Assembly (NCBI RefSeq): GCF_001194135.2
Contig: NC_068983.1
Span: 144,464,719-144,528,718, forward strand
Source: Octopus bimaculoides
Lineage: Eukaryota
Reading direction: 5' to 3'
Length of the DNA: 64,000 nt
Part shown: positions 14,376 through 27,907 of the stretch, piece after piece
How positions within the stretch are numbered: position 1 is the stretch's first letter
Layout of the letters: every line of letters starts with the position of its first letter
The notes under the pieces: generated by a model
Told to the model about the DNA's origin: nothing
Seen by the model: only the letters and a program-made list of their open reading frames with translations
Database searches by the model: none
Program-made: the position numbers and the translations under genes

Positions 14376-14913
14376 AACGGAGGCCAAACAAGTTAAGCAG
14401 GATGTATGACTTCATCCATCTGTTTTTCAGCGTATTAAATATTTCGATCATATATATTTAGTTCGTCCATAAAAAAGTTATGGACTACATTAGATTCTCT
14501 TGTTATAGATTATCAGTGGATTTCTGTAAAAGATATGATGGTGTAATTAACCCATATTGTCTGTCATCAAGATACATTGTTACAATGCTTCTGCAATGTT
14601 TGCTCTCTTCAGACAATATAGTTTAAATTATCAAGCTACGCGGTACAACTCTGTACCCCTTTCTTACCGCTTATTTGCCCATAAATGACTATATGAAGAA
14701 ATTCCCAATCGTCTCGGAGGAATTGATTCAAACAGCTTAAGTACAGTTTGTGCACAATGTTAAAGTAGGTTGATGTGAACCTATAGCCCTCTGCTAAGGC
14801 AGTGATTTATTGGCTACAGGTTTTGTTCGAGTCACAGCACGCCAGTTTGATATATCAATCAGTTCTTCCATAGTTCTTAGAAATATATCAATAAATGACT
14901 TCATTTAAAAGCC

Positions 14914-15200
14914 AAGGCGAGTGACTTAGTGGTCAGGGTTTTCGGCTCACGATCGTAACATCATGAGTTCGATACTTGACGTAGCGTTGTGTCATTGAAC
15001 AAGGCACTTTATTTCAAAAATGCGTAGTGTCAGTATTTCAAAGAACCAGCCTTGTCACATTCTGTATCACGGTGAATAATTCAAAAGACTTCGTTAAGGG
15101 TACACGTATTTGTGAAGTACTTAACCACATGCACGTTAATTTCACGAGCAGAGTGTTCCGTTGTTCGGATCAGCTGGAACCCTTGTCGTCCTAACCAAAG
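14914..15200 (+). mobile_element. tRNA-derived SINE, family B (degenerate)
   Basis: A-box-like tagtggtcagg, B-box-like gagttcgatac, ttgtgtcattgaacaaggcactt core; the body is the reverse complement of 45357-45735. Confidence 0.75.
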
Positions 15201-15768
15201 GAATGCCAATTATAAAGGCCAACATCTTGCACTGATAGCTAACTATTAAACTTCTCCTTGATGCCTTCCCATTATTCAGCTTTTCCACTGCTTTGATGGC
15301 AGTTCAGCGTCGATTTTATAGGGTGCGCTGTTGATGTTAACACACTACTCATGCTTTATGGTGTCTAATAATGATACATTCTAATTAAAATCATTCCTTC
15401 TAAATATATTTTAGACTATAATGATTTTCCAGCTCTCTAGGGAAGTGGGCTCTTTTCATAATCGCATTGCTTCCCTTCATCCACCAATGTGCAACCTATG
15501 GACTGGGAGTGTTTCAGCATTGATACGGGTTGTTTCAAATATTTTTCTCGATACCAGAATATTTCACTCTCAGTTTTGTGTTTAGATTTTAATATTTCTC
15601 CCTGAATATTAAGAGTGATGTCTCAGTAAGATGTTTTTAACTTTTCTACGAATTATAGATGTACTGTGAACTTATTTGCTAGGTGCATAAAATGAGTAGA
15701 TGGATGGAGATAACTGAAAAGAAAAATTCCTGTAAGTTCTAGGATACAGAGTCAATGTAAATACTCAG

Positions 15769-15801
<33 letters not shown>

Positions 15802-16843
15802 AATTTTATGGTTGTCTTGAAGCTTATGTATATTGGGTTCTACACCAGGTTGCAACGTCTATGCACACACACATATGTACATATATGTACATATACATAT
15901 GTGTGTGTTTGTGTGTGTATGTTTGTGTGTGTGTGTGTGTCTGTGTGTGAGTGTGTGTGTGTGTCTGTGTGTGTGTGTGTGTGTGTGTATGTGTACATGT
16001 GTATGTTTAGCTGTCTTGCTACACCCCAATGACCAAAAGCTTCGGTAATCACTGGTAGCGTTGTAGTTTCTACAAATATATTATTAAGTTATAGCAGAAA
16101 CTATTACAATTTTGATGGGTGCAAAAATTCAGCTGCCTTTACAAAGGAGTGAAAGTACATGACTATATAAACGCCAATAACAATGCCGTGATCAATGTAA
16201 TAAGTATGCAAGACGAACATGGATTGGCAAATAGAATCCATTTACTATTACATTGAAAATCAAGGGTTTGAACGATCCTATGATGAGATATATTGGTGAA
16301 AACCGGAAGCATCCGGGGAAAAGCTTTTAAGCTACAAATAACTCATCGTTTAAAACATTGTATATTTTATCTTGTACATACATCAATCTAGCCTGTTGGT
16401 GTTTTAAAACTTTTAGGTCATTGGTGTAATGGTTTTTAATGTTTTTACACATATCTATCATATGATGCATTATTAACTGGTGTTCTTAAAAAATTGTCAT
16501 CGATGTATGAATCGAATCGCTCTGCGGAAAATGTAGTCTTTGAGTAAATTAAGATGAAAAACTGAAACTAATAAAAAGAAAGTGTGTGTGTTAAAGTGGG
16601 AAAATAAAAAAAGAAACCTTCCAAAACATTTTGAAAAACATCTAGCGTTTTATTAGAAATGCTTCACCATTATCTTTTATTAAGTCTGTAGCATAGGCTG
16701 AAACGAGTTACTTTTTCTTCTTCAATTATTTATTGAATAATGTAGATAAAGGCCGTTATACAAGTGTGCCTACCGAATGCAATAATTATCAATATGCAAT
16801 CTCGGACTATACACATACTAACTCGAACTTAAAAACGCAAGCG

Positions 16844-16906
<63 letters not shown>

Positions 16907-17067
16907 ATATATGTATATAATTCTATATAGAGATATCTACCTTCCGCACACAAAATCACGCACACACACATATTCTCACAAACAATCTTCTATGTGTATA
17001 TTTATGCATGTTATGTATGTATTTACATCATCCATCCATCCATACATACATACATACATGCATACAA

Positions 17068-17106
<39 letters not shown>

Positions 17107-17511
17107 GTGTGTGCGTAATCTTCGAGCGACATAATTTGGTTGTTGGACTATAAACTAACCACGATCAATTCCTGGCTGATCTAATATTCGTCTGTTAAAT
17201 ACACTATACATGGTCTTTGCATTGAAGTCAATACTTTTCTGAGAGATTTCGTCCTCTATACTTAAACGCTTTCGTTAGTGATATGACTCTTCCAAACGCG
17301 GTATTTTAAAGCAGTTGTCCAGCTATATGCTTCCGGCAAGAAAAACTGGGAGCTTTGATTAGCTGAAACCTAAACTTCAATATGTAATAATTTTCTAAAA
17401 TCTCTGACAAATACTGGTATCTTGTTTGTTACCGTACTCCTGAAGCTCATATATGCGTTCAAATACATACATACATACATACATACATACATACACACAC
17501 ACACGCGCACG

Positions 17512-17549
<38 letters not shown>

Positions 17550-17593
17550 TACATATATATACTTTGTTTAAAGCAACAGAAATATAACAAAAG

Positions 17594-17633
17594 ACTGTTA
17601 CTCGGAGTTTCACGTTCCCGTTCATCGGACAGT
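17594..17633 (-). ncRNA. Minimal type-I hammerhead ribozyme motif (mirror copy), Penelope-like-element type
   Basis: Exact reverse complement of 17650-17689. Confidence 0.6.
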
Positions 17634-17649
17634 TTTTTTTCCTAACAAA

Positions 17650-17689
17650 ACTGTCCGATGAACGGGAACGTGAAACTCCGAGTAACAGT
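17650..17689 (+). ncRNA. Minimal type-I hammerhead ribozyme motif, Penelope-like-element type (C at core position 4)
   Basis: ACUGU-CCGAUGA-ACG(GGAA)CGU-GAAA-CUC(C)GAG-UA^ACAGU: 5-bp stem I, 3-bp stem II with tetraloop, near-palindromic stem III, GUA cleavage triplet. Confidence 0.6.
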
Positions 17690-17784
17690 CTTTTGTTATA
17701 TTTGTGCTGCTTTAAATAAAGCATATTACTCTACCGCTGGTAGTTTTGTACTCTTTTTTCCACCTTGTTGCACATTTTATATGC

Positions 17785-17975
17785 TTACTCCGGTATACCC
17801 ACTACACTCTCTGAGTGGTTGGCGTTAGGAAGGGCATCCAGCTGTAGAAACTCTGCCAAATCAGACTGGAGCCTGGTGTTGCCATCCGGTTTCACCAGTC
17901 CTCAGTCAAATCGTCCAACCCATGCTAGCATGGAAAGCGGACGTTAAACGATGATGATGATGATGATGATGATAT
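17785..17975 (+). mobile_element. 3' end of an RTE-type LINE/SINE with (GAT)n tail
   Basis: ttggcgttaggaagggcatccagc...acccatgctagcatggaaagcggacgttaaacgatgatgat ending in a trinucleotide tail, as is typical of RTE-clade 3' ends. Confidence 0.6.
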
Positions 17976-18974
17976 ATATATATATATATATATTTATAAA
18001 ATATATAGTTTTAGGGAAAAATTTCCTTTCTATTTGAAAATTAGTTATGAAACACGTGTAATCATTTTATTATATGTATCTTATGATATTTACTTTGCTT
18101 TATATTATACTCATTTATTGTGCTTTTAATTGTTANNNNNNNNNNNNNNNNNNNNNNNNNNNNNNNNNNNNNNNNNNNNNNNNNNNNNNNNNNNNNNNNN
18201 NNNNNNNNNNNNNNNNNNNNNNNNNNNNNNNNNNNNNNNNNNNNNNNNNNNNNNNNNNNNNNNNNNNNNNNNNNNNNNNNNNNNNNNNNNNNNNNNNNNN
18301 NNNNNNNNNNNNNNNNNNNNNNNNNNNNNNNNNNNNNNNNNNNNNNNNNNNNNNNNNNNNNNNNNNNNNNNNNNNATATATATATATATAAGGTAACCCT
18401 ATAAACAGGCTTTCACCAGTAATAAATAAATATGATGGTGTTGTTGGAGGTGTGGTGGGGGTCGTGGTCACGTTGATATTGTTATTTCCGGATGTAGAGA
18501 GGGTGCTACGATGTTAACGCTGTAGCCGAAGGTGTTAAAATATTTGATATTATCGTTATTATTGCTATTTTCCTCGGTAGGGGTGCCGTTCTCGTTGACA
18601 GGGCTACCATTATTCACGTCTATGCCCGTGCGTCTGTTAGGGGCGCTGCTGCTACTGTTGGTGCCGCGGCCGATAGAGTTTGGTCTGTCACTGCTGGACT
18701 GAGAACCATCAGTGGGTTTGTTGATATTACTGAATGTAATATGTTTGCTCTGACCATTGTAAAGGAACCTCTTTAACCTGTATTGATCTAATATAATTCT
18801 GGTATTAACCCTGTAACATATTATCCTGTATATTTTCGTTCAGAGATGTCTAGTAAATATACACTTGAACGCAAATATACGTTACCTTTCATAACGCAGT
18901 GATTATTGAAGTAGAAAGAATAGGAGATACCGTAAAAATATCCTGAAGCAGTGATGGATTAAAGAAAACAAACC

Positions 18975-19220
<246 letters not shown>

Positions 19221-19718
19221 AAGTCTTCTTACAGAACATGAAATATCATCCCTTTTTTAAATATATATGATAAACAAGTTGTCTTTCTCATATTCTTTTA
19301 TTCTCTTTTTCTTTCAACAATGCATCGTAAAAAGATTTCTTGGTAATTTCAGTTATTTCATTATGTTTTTTTATTCTAAAAAAAAAAAGCCGAGATAATT
19401 TGGGATAAAACTGTCATGAAAGTTGAGGTGTCAGTAACTTCATAATAAATCATAACTAATCCAAAATAATTTGTGTACTGATTCTTCCTTATATACAGAT
19501 TCAAAATAAATAACGGAAAAAATACTTTTTGTGTGGAAATTGAAAGAAAATGTGTATATTATGAGATTAAGAAACATTTATTGAACACCAAATGTTTTCG
19601 TTTTAAACAAACTAAATGTGCATTTTAAGAGATACAGTAAAAAATAAAAGTTAAAGGAACTCGAATCCATCACTCTTATTTCACCAGCAGTGTAATGACA
19701 GTTGCTCAACCTTTCGCT

Positions 19719-19719
<1 letters not shown>

Positions 19720-19764
<45 letters not shown>

Positions 19765-19786
19765 GCTGCTGCTGCTTCTGCTGCTG

Positions 19787-19834
<48 letters not shown>

Positions 19835-19865
19835 GTAGTAGTAGTAATTAATAGTAGTAGTAGTG
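19720..19865. repeat. (TAC/TGC)n switching to inverted (TAG)n
   Basis: Directly visible. Confidence 0.9.
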
Positions 19866-20424
19866 GGTTGTGTCAGACAAAAACAATAATAATCTAAAAA
19901 TTAATAATCATTAAAATTTTAGTTTAAGGGCTAATTCCATTCCAAGCTCCTCTGGCGTTGGACTATTTTATTTTTCCGTTCTTTTCCTATATACATTATT
20001 TGAAATGCCAATATTTTCAGTTTGTTTTGTACGTGTTGTCGGAAATAAATGAAATCGTAATATTAGCATTTTTATGTAACTTTCGATTTGTGTATTTGTG
20101 CATTTGACTATCGGTTCGTTTTACTTGGCCGTAGGTGTTACAATATGACCAGAGCCAAAAACGTTTATATCTCAAAACTACATAGCCTCAACCACCTTAA
20201 ATTTGTAAATTAAAAGATTCCTCCGTCGGTTTTCCGGATGAACATTTTATTTGTCGAACAACTGAATATCTTGCACATTGGATGAGGATACAGGTGACAG
20301 AGTATTCCAAAATGGATCATTAAATAACAAACAAAGTTTTTTGTATAGACTTCTACACTATTTTGTACCTGATCATTTTCAAACGCAATGTTTGGGGTGA
20401 GACAACACGATGATAAGAGATACT

Positions 20425-20510
20425 TGCCCAAGTTATTACACAGTGAGATCGAATTCGATACTTTGTGATCGCTAATCGAAATTCTTAATCGCTTGGCCGT
20501 AGTTGCATAT
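20425..20510 (-). mobile_element. SINE head fragment (tRNA-derived)
   Basis: The reverse strand shows degenerate A/B boxes and a ...aacttgggcaagtatct core like other SINE copies. Confidence 0.5.
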
Positions 20511-22317
20511 TGTAAATTAGTAACTCGCACATATATATAAGCATGAACACTGACACATGCATCCACACGCACACACATGGCAGCATTGTTCACCGTTGAG
20601 AAGCATTGAGACGCTAAATATGATTTCATTAGTATGCAGATTGTATTTCCTTTTGTGGGAATTACTTGTATAGGTATGGACACTGGGTAACTATTAACAC
20701 ACACATATATCTGTATATGTGAGTGTATATATATATATTAATAGTTATCGCCAAGCCAACATGGCAGTCCCAAAATTAGGACGAAAGCTGCCGTCCTAAT
20801 TTTGGGACTGCCNNNNNNNNNNNNNNNNNNNNNNNNNNNNNNNNNNNNNNNNNNNNNNNNNNNNNNNNNNNNNNNNNNNNNNNNNNNNNNNNNNNNNNNN
20901 NNNNNNNNNNNNNNNNNNNNNNNNNNNNNNNNNNNNNNNNNNNNNNNNNNNNNNNNNNNNNNNNNNNNNNNNNNNNNNNNNNNNNNNNNNNNNNNNNNNN
21001 NNNNNNNNNNNNNNNNNNNNNNNNNNNNNNNNNNNNNNNNNNNNNNNNNNNNNNNNNNNNNNNNNNNNNNNNNNNNNNNNNNNNNNNNNNNNNNNNNNNA
21101 TATATATACATACATATATATACATATGTATATATGTACGTATGTATTTATATGTGTATGTATTTATATATATACAGTTTACAGACAATGTATTCGATGG
21201 TTTCTATATCGCAAATGTTCCCTGGATCTCATTGTTACACAAAAGATTAATTATATTCACATAAATATGAGAATTCTAACATAACGTGACAAATTCTATG
21301 AGTTAACACAATACTCGAGTCGAGGACAGTTAATCGTTGTTCAATAATGATTAACAAAAGCAAACCAAAGCAAGGGTTTCAACTCAAAATGAGGAGACAA
21401 AAGCAATTAGAAAATGAATTGATGCATCAGAGTCCTTAGTTTGAGCATTGTAGCGTAGTGGTAAGTTTGCGGAGACTAGACTGTGACACAAGGATAGATT
21501 CCTTTTGAGAAATTTCAATTTCCTTTTGTTCATTAGATATTCAAACGTATCAATAGCTTCAGAAAAAGGATGTATATCAATTCATGGAAATCATCTAGAT
21601 GTGTGATCCCAAGTCAGCTGCAGTCAATTAAGGTTATAAACGGGTGGACAGCCTCGGACATCACAACTTATTTTGAGATAAGTTACCTACAACTACATAA
21701 TGTGCCATTTCTCTTTTTTAAATAGCAAGGTGTATATCATTCGATCATATCAAGTGAGTATGTTAGGGCTCTCTCACTGGATTGTATGAAGCTGCTTGCT
21801 ATTTATAGTGTTTTAACAATTCATTTTAATCTAAGATATATTTCTTATATTAGCCTAAAGTATTATCAATTTATGTTGATATTTTTTGACCGGTTGGATA
21901 AGAGCTCCACGAAAATAAGGCTAGTTTAAACTATGTTTTCACTCACTCTGCATTGTACTCATAGACAGAACTGTCAATTGTAGAATTCTTACTTTTGTCA
22001 AATGCAAATATGATTGCAGTACCAACTACTAATCAACATTGACATCAGTATTGAAACTATTAAATCAGCATTGAAGCTACTTACGGTAGCTTCTTTTTGC
22101 TCTAGAACTTACTCCAAGTGCAGGTGCCAATGATTACATGTAACTTGCTACATACCTTATTGTATGCATTTCATATATATACATATATACATATACACTT
22201 ACACACTTACACACTCTACACACACGTACGCGCAGCTTCGTTTGGGGATCACCAGCACTTTTATTATCCCCCCCTTCTTCCTAGCTCTCCTGACAAACTA
22301 CCTTTTTCCAACAAGTC

Positions 22318-22397
22318 GCCATGATTGATCGCTAAATCCACAATTCTTTTTTATTCTCTCTCTGTTTATTTCCTCATGCTTCTTTCTGTTGAAGAGC
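22318..22397 (+). repeat. Truncated copy of the hammerhead-bearing dispersed repeat (family 2)
   Basis: gccatgattgatcgct...tctttctgttgaagagcgt, cut off within loop II where mariner sequence begins. Confidence 0.65.
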
Positions 22398-23230
22398 GTT
22401 GGTGAATATGGTGGATGACAGAGTATTTCCAAGTTCAATTCCTGTAACTTGAGTAGCGTTCTTTATGCAACATGTGGTCGAGCATTGTCTTGCTTGTCTC
22501 TATTGATCAATCTCGGTTGTTTAATTGCAAGTTCACTCATAGTTTTACCCAACTGATTGATGTATACACCCGCTGTAATTGACTTATCAGGTCTCATAAA
22601 ACTGTAATGGATGACACTATCGCTGGACTACCAGACAGACACCATTAGCTTTGGGGTGAATATTTTTTTTTGGATTATATTTTGGCACTTCGTCTGTATC
22701 CATCTAACCACCGTACAGAAGGCTCGCTATTGTTGAAAAGAATCCATTTTTCATCACACGTAACAATACAATACAAACATGCTTCGCTTTTATGCCATGA
22801 CAGCAAAGAACAGCAAGTTTCAAGACAACGTGCCATTTTATGTTCGTTCATTTCGTGTGGTAGCCAATTGTCCAGCTTCTTTACCTTGCCGATTTGTTTC
22901 AGATGGTCCAATATAGTTCGAATCGAAATATCAAACCTTGTTGCTAACTCACGCGTAGTTTGCAATGTATCTGCTTCTGCTACAGATTCCAGCTCATCAT
23001 TATCCACCTTGGTCTCAGGTTTACCATGGGGCTGATTTTTAAGAGTAAAGTTTACGAGACTGGAACTTCTTAAACCATCGACGTAACGTGCGCTCATTCA
23101 CTACATCTTCACCAAACACCTCACTGATATTTCGAGCTGTCTGAGATACATTTGTTCCACGACGGAACTCATTCATATTCATAAACAACACGAATTCATG
23201 ATCTATCCATGAGTTCACATAAATTGATTT
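22398..23230 (-). mobile_element. Mariner (Tc1/mariner) transposase remnant
   Basis: TTRELA..., KLDNWLPHEM (WVPHEL), IVTCDEKW (first catalytic D), QDNARPHVA (second D) and HPPYSP motifs; internal deletion and stops. Confidence 0.9.
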
Positions 23231-23449
23231 ACAAGAGAAAACTCACAATATAATCAGGCACCATGAATTGCATTTAGAAAAGTGACGATGTAACTCTTCA
23301 ATGTTGGAAAACAAAGAATTGTCAGGATAAAACGACTGTCTAACTTGGTGCATAAAAATATCGGACATTTCATTCTTAATGACCTGATATAATTGTAAAC
23401 AAATGTATATGAATACACATGTGCGCGTATGTGCGTTTGTGTGTTCTAG

Positions 23450-23650
23450 CGTGGAATAATGATGACAACTTTGTGTTTTTCTAGCCCGAAGTCTGATGTT
23501 ATATTTTACTGACCGCCCTAGATACGTTTTGGAAGGCCTACCTGCTTCCCGCTTGCCTTCACTACAAGACACGACTATAAAATAATTAGGTAGCAACTTG
23601 AAAAATAGGATTGTTTGACCCCTTTCCTCCAAGATTCGTCCACACATTCC
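23450..23650 (-). mobile_element. RTE LINE 3' remnant
   Basis: EGKREAGRPSKTY resembles the RTE C-terminal G.R..GRP..TY/W motif. Confidence 0.4.
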
Positions 23651-25050
23651 ATTGTTCTTGTTTACAATGTCACTTATTTATCATGATAATTGATGTAGAG
23701 ATCATCTCCCTGGTTTTAGTTTGCCTAATTATACATGTTTAAAATCTTACTGGAGGATAGTGGATCTATGGTATGATGGAATCTATGTATGCGTCAATAA
23801 AATGCTACCGAAACAGCAAATTTAAGATCCCATATATGTGCTTTTATATAAATATGTGAATATGTGTGTATGTGTATATATATATATATATNNNNNNNNN
23901 NNNNNNNNNNNNNNNNNNNNNNNNNNNNNNNNNNNNNNNNNNNNNNNNNNNNNNNNNNNNNNNNNNNNNNNNNNNNNNNNNNNNNNNNNNNNNNNNNNNN
24001 NNNNNNNNNNNNNNNNNNNNNNNNNNNNNNNNNNNNNNNNNNNNNNNNNNNNNNNNNNNNNNNNNNNNNNNNNNNNNNNNNNNNNNNNNNNNNNNNNNNN
24101 NNNNNNNNNNNNNNNNNNNNNNNNNNNNNNNNNNNNNNNNNNNNNNNNNNNNNNNNNNNNNNNNNNNNNNNNNNNNNNNNNNNNNNNNNNNNNNNNNNNN
24201 NNNNNNNNNNNNNNNNNNNNNNNNNNNNNNNNNNNNNNNNNNNNNNNNNNNNNNNNNNNNNNNNNNNNNNNNNNNNNNNNNNNNNNNNNNNNNNNNNNNN
24301 NNTGTATATATATATATATATACATATATACATACACACATATATATATACATACACACACATATATATATATACATACACACACATATAACTGTATATG
24401 TCTTTCCATATGTAATGTATATATATATAAGGTGGATGGGGTGGGGTAGAGGATGTAAGCATGTATGTAAGAGCATGTATATGTATGTGCAATCATAATC
24501 TCTAAAACAATACCCCGTGAAGAGATAATGGATGCAATTATGTGAATCATAAAGGGCAAATATTTCACAATACTCTTGCTGAAACATATGTATTATTCAA
24601 TATTTTTTATTGCCAAAAGGTTTTCGAGAAGCTTATTGATTACTGCATAAAACCAATTGATATAGAAACAATGGAATTATCAATACAGTTCGTTAATTCT
24701 ATCGATATTGAACATGCAGCTTCGGGTATCCAAGTTTTCATTGCACTTTATACTAAATTTGCGTTTCCTTACAAATGGATTTGTACTCCCTGAATATTCA
24801 TAACATCGGTGTATCTCCATTAAATTATGGTAGTTACTTGCAGTTGGAATATTGAACTTATTTGAAGAAATGCATTTGATGCAATGTATTCTTGTTGAGT
24901 CAGTGAATTGACAGACTGGTTATAGTGATTTGCAGTATTTCTTCTGGTTCCATTGTGAATTCAAATTCTCTTGTGGCCAGGTTGCTTTTAATTTGTTCGG
25001 GATCGATACTATAACGCATGATAGCAGTACGGGCGCAAATTGTGAAAATA

Positions 25051-25235
25051 TTATAGTTCTTGGCGGCATTGTTGCCGCGTTTTATCACAGTAAGATTGAT
25101 TTGCAGACATATCTTGCAAAGAACAATCAATGGTCGGTCGTGGCTGTATTATTCTTGTTTGATTGAAATTCATCTCTAATAGAGGTGAATCATCGTAGTG
25201 TTGTGGCTTACTTACTTCCGTCTCACAGCTCATAC
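25051..25235 (-). CDS. Candidate terminal exon (MSCETEVSKPQHYDDSPLLEMNFNQTRIIQPRPTIDCSLQDMSANQSYCDKTRQQCRQEL*) or 20-nt microexon
   Basis: Acceptor tattcatttacatag| at 25237-25236; 60 open codons; AATAAA at 24611-24606; alternative donor GAA|gtaagt at 25215. Confidence 0.25.
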
Positions 25236-26519
25236 CTATGTAAATGAATACTTAGTTGATTGAAAACGGTTCAGAAACCTATGCGAGAAAGTTTTGAGAA
25301 GTGAGATCTCAGCAGCTAAACGAATATATAAGCGTTGAATTTGGTCATGTACTTCAAATAATCGTGTTTTAAAAACAATATTTCAATATCTAATTCTGTG
25401 AAATCGCTTTCGATTGCATTAATTTCGTCAGTTATTTAATATTTTACACGTAACAGCGTCGAAATCTGTTGAAGTATGAAAAAAAAAAGAGTGAATGTAA
25501 CTTGTCTAAATCTAAGAAAAGACACAGTTGCAACTATAATACTATAAATAAGAAACTGAACTATGAAAGTATTCCTGAGATCAAAACTGAAACCGAAAGT
25601 AAAAAAATTAAAAACGCATTTACTAAATTTAGATATGAAGTGAGTTGCTTTAAAATAAATACTTTATAGGTGGTTTTAAAATATTCTCCAGCTTGAGACG
25701 AAATGGAATTGCGAATAATGAACAGAAATTCCGAAAGGAAAATACAGTAAATCATTTTGTATTAAAATCCGATATAGCTTGTAGTTTCAAAGAGGAATTC
25801 TTTAATCAGCAAGGTAAACAGTAAAAGTAGATGTATGTAATTCTTTATGATGTAATTCTCTAACAAAAATACATCGAATAAAAACGTTTTAGCAAATAAT
25901 ATTTTTTAACAACTAATATCTACTCTATATCATTAAAATTTCACTATGAGCTTATGTGGTGTAACGCCAGTAGGGCTACAATCCAGTGATATAACTAATA
26001 AAAAAAACCAAAATGTACAAAATCCTGTTTCAAGCTTAAGGCAAAAAAAAAAAGTATACCTACTGCTCTCATCAGCAACGATACTCCATAGCTTGACACA
26101 GGATCTTGTACACGGGTAATCAAAAGTTTAATTCATTATATTTCTTTTGCCCGACTTCAACCCGTGCTTTATTTTTTGCTGTTTTGGGAGGGACCCTTGA
26201 ATTTCATCGTCCTCGTACGTGTTTGCTACTTCACGGGTAATGCTGTTTCCTACATATGTACATGCATAAATGTAATTCCTTTCCCAGATAAATTCCACTT
26301 CATATTCGAGGCTCCGACGAATCTATAAGCATCCAACTATGAATCAACTTGCGACTCATAGCAGAAACAGTTGCAAGCTTGTCAAGTTCATAAGATAATC
26401 GTTTATTCCTTTGTCATCTCATTTTCTTATAACCGCCCTGTACCCAACTAAAGCTTCGTATAAAGCTTTTGTATATTGTGTTCTACACTAGGTTATTTGT
26501 CACGCAATGTCCAAACGAA

Positions 26520-26561
<42 letters not shown>

Positions 26562-26804
26562 ATGTATGTNNNNNNNNNNNNNNNNNNNNNNNNNNNNNNN
26601 NNNNNNNNNNNNNNNNNNNNNNNNNNNNNNNNNNNNNNNNNNNNNNNNNNNNNNNNNNNNNNNNNNNNNNNNNNNNNNNNNNNNNNNNNNNNNNNNNNNN
26701 NNNNNNNNNNNNNNNNNNNNNNNNNNNNNNNNNNNNNNNNNNNNNNNNNNNNNNNNNNNNNNNNNNNNNNNNNNNNNNNNNNNNNNNNNNNNNNNNNNNN
26801 NNNN

Positions 26805-26845
<41 letters not shown>

Positions 26846-27860
26846 GTATGTATTTACACGTGCGTGTCTATATGTGTGTGTGTGTTGAAACATACAGATA
26901 AGCATATAACTATTATATTTGTACGCATGTGCAGAGTGGAGGATGAGCATGAAGCGATTTGCACTAAGCAAATAAAAATATTAATGTCCAAACGCTATGT
27001 AATTGTATGTTAATAGTTGTACAATTATGAGAGTAAACTATGATAGCGTACATACACACACGCACACACAATCATGTATGTGTATGTGTGCGTGAGAAAA
27101 AATTACCTAAATAAACGAATAAATAAAAAATCCATTACGCAACATAATAGAATAGATAAAACAGATTTCGCAATATGTGAATCTACTCATATAGAAAACC
27201 ATATACTATATGCAATATATTAACCTATCCAGAGAGAAAATCACACAGATTGCGTAATATTTTAGGTGATTCAGAGAGAAATTCATGTAGCATACACAAT
27301 ATATTGATCTATTCAAACTAAAAATCACTGGTTAGTTTAATGTCCTTAGCATTTTATGCCTGTGACAAAATGCAAAAGAAGGTGCCTGATAAATAATTGA
27401 AAATTTTTTTAAGTATGGAAAAATGTTTCAGGATATAGACTGTTGAGTGTATGGAAAATAATTNNNNNNNNNNNNNNNNNNNNNNNNNNNNNNNNNNNNN
27501 NNNNNNNNNNNNNNNNNNNNNNNNNNNNNNNNNNNNNNNNNNNNNNNNNNNNNNNNNNNNNNNNNNNNNNNNNNNNNNNNNNNNNNNNNNNNNNNNNNNN
27601 NNNNNNNNNNNNNNNNNNNNNNNNNNNNNNNNNNNNNNNNNNNNNNNGCAACAAACCAAACTTAGATTATTAAATTGATTTCCATTTGTTAATGAATATT
27701 CTCGCATGTATATTATCACGCTATTTTCCATTTCCAACCTTTTGAAAGTGGGAACTCAGATTAACGATTCACAAAACTTCAATTTCCCATATACTATACG
27801 AATATATTTTATATATTAAAAACTTTTCTCTTGTCATTTTTAAACAGAAGTATTCACCAC

Positions 27861-27907
<47 letters not shown>

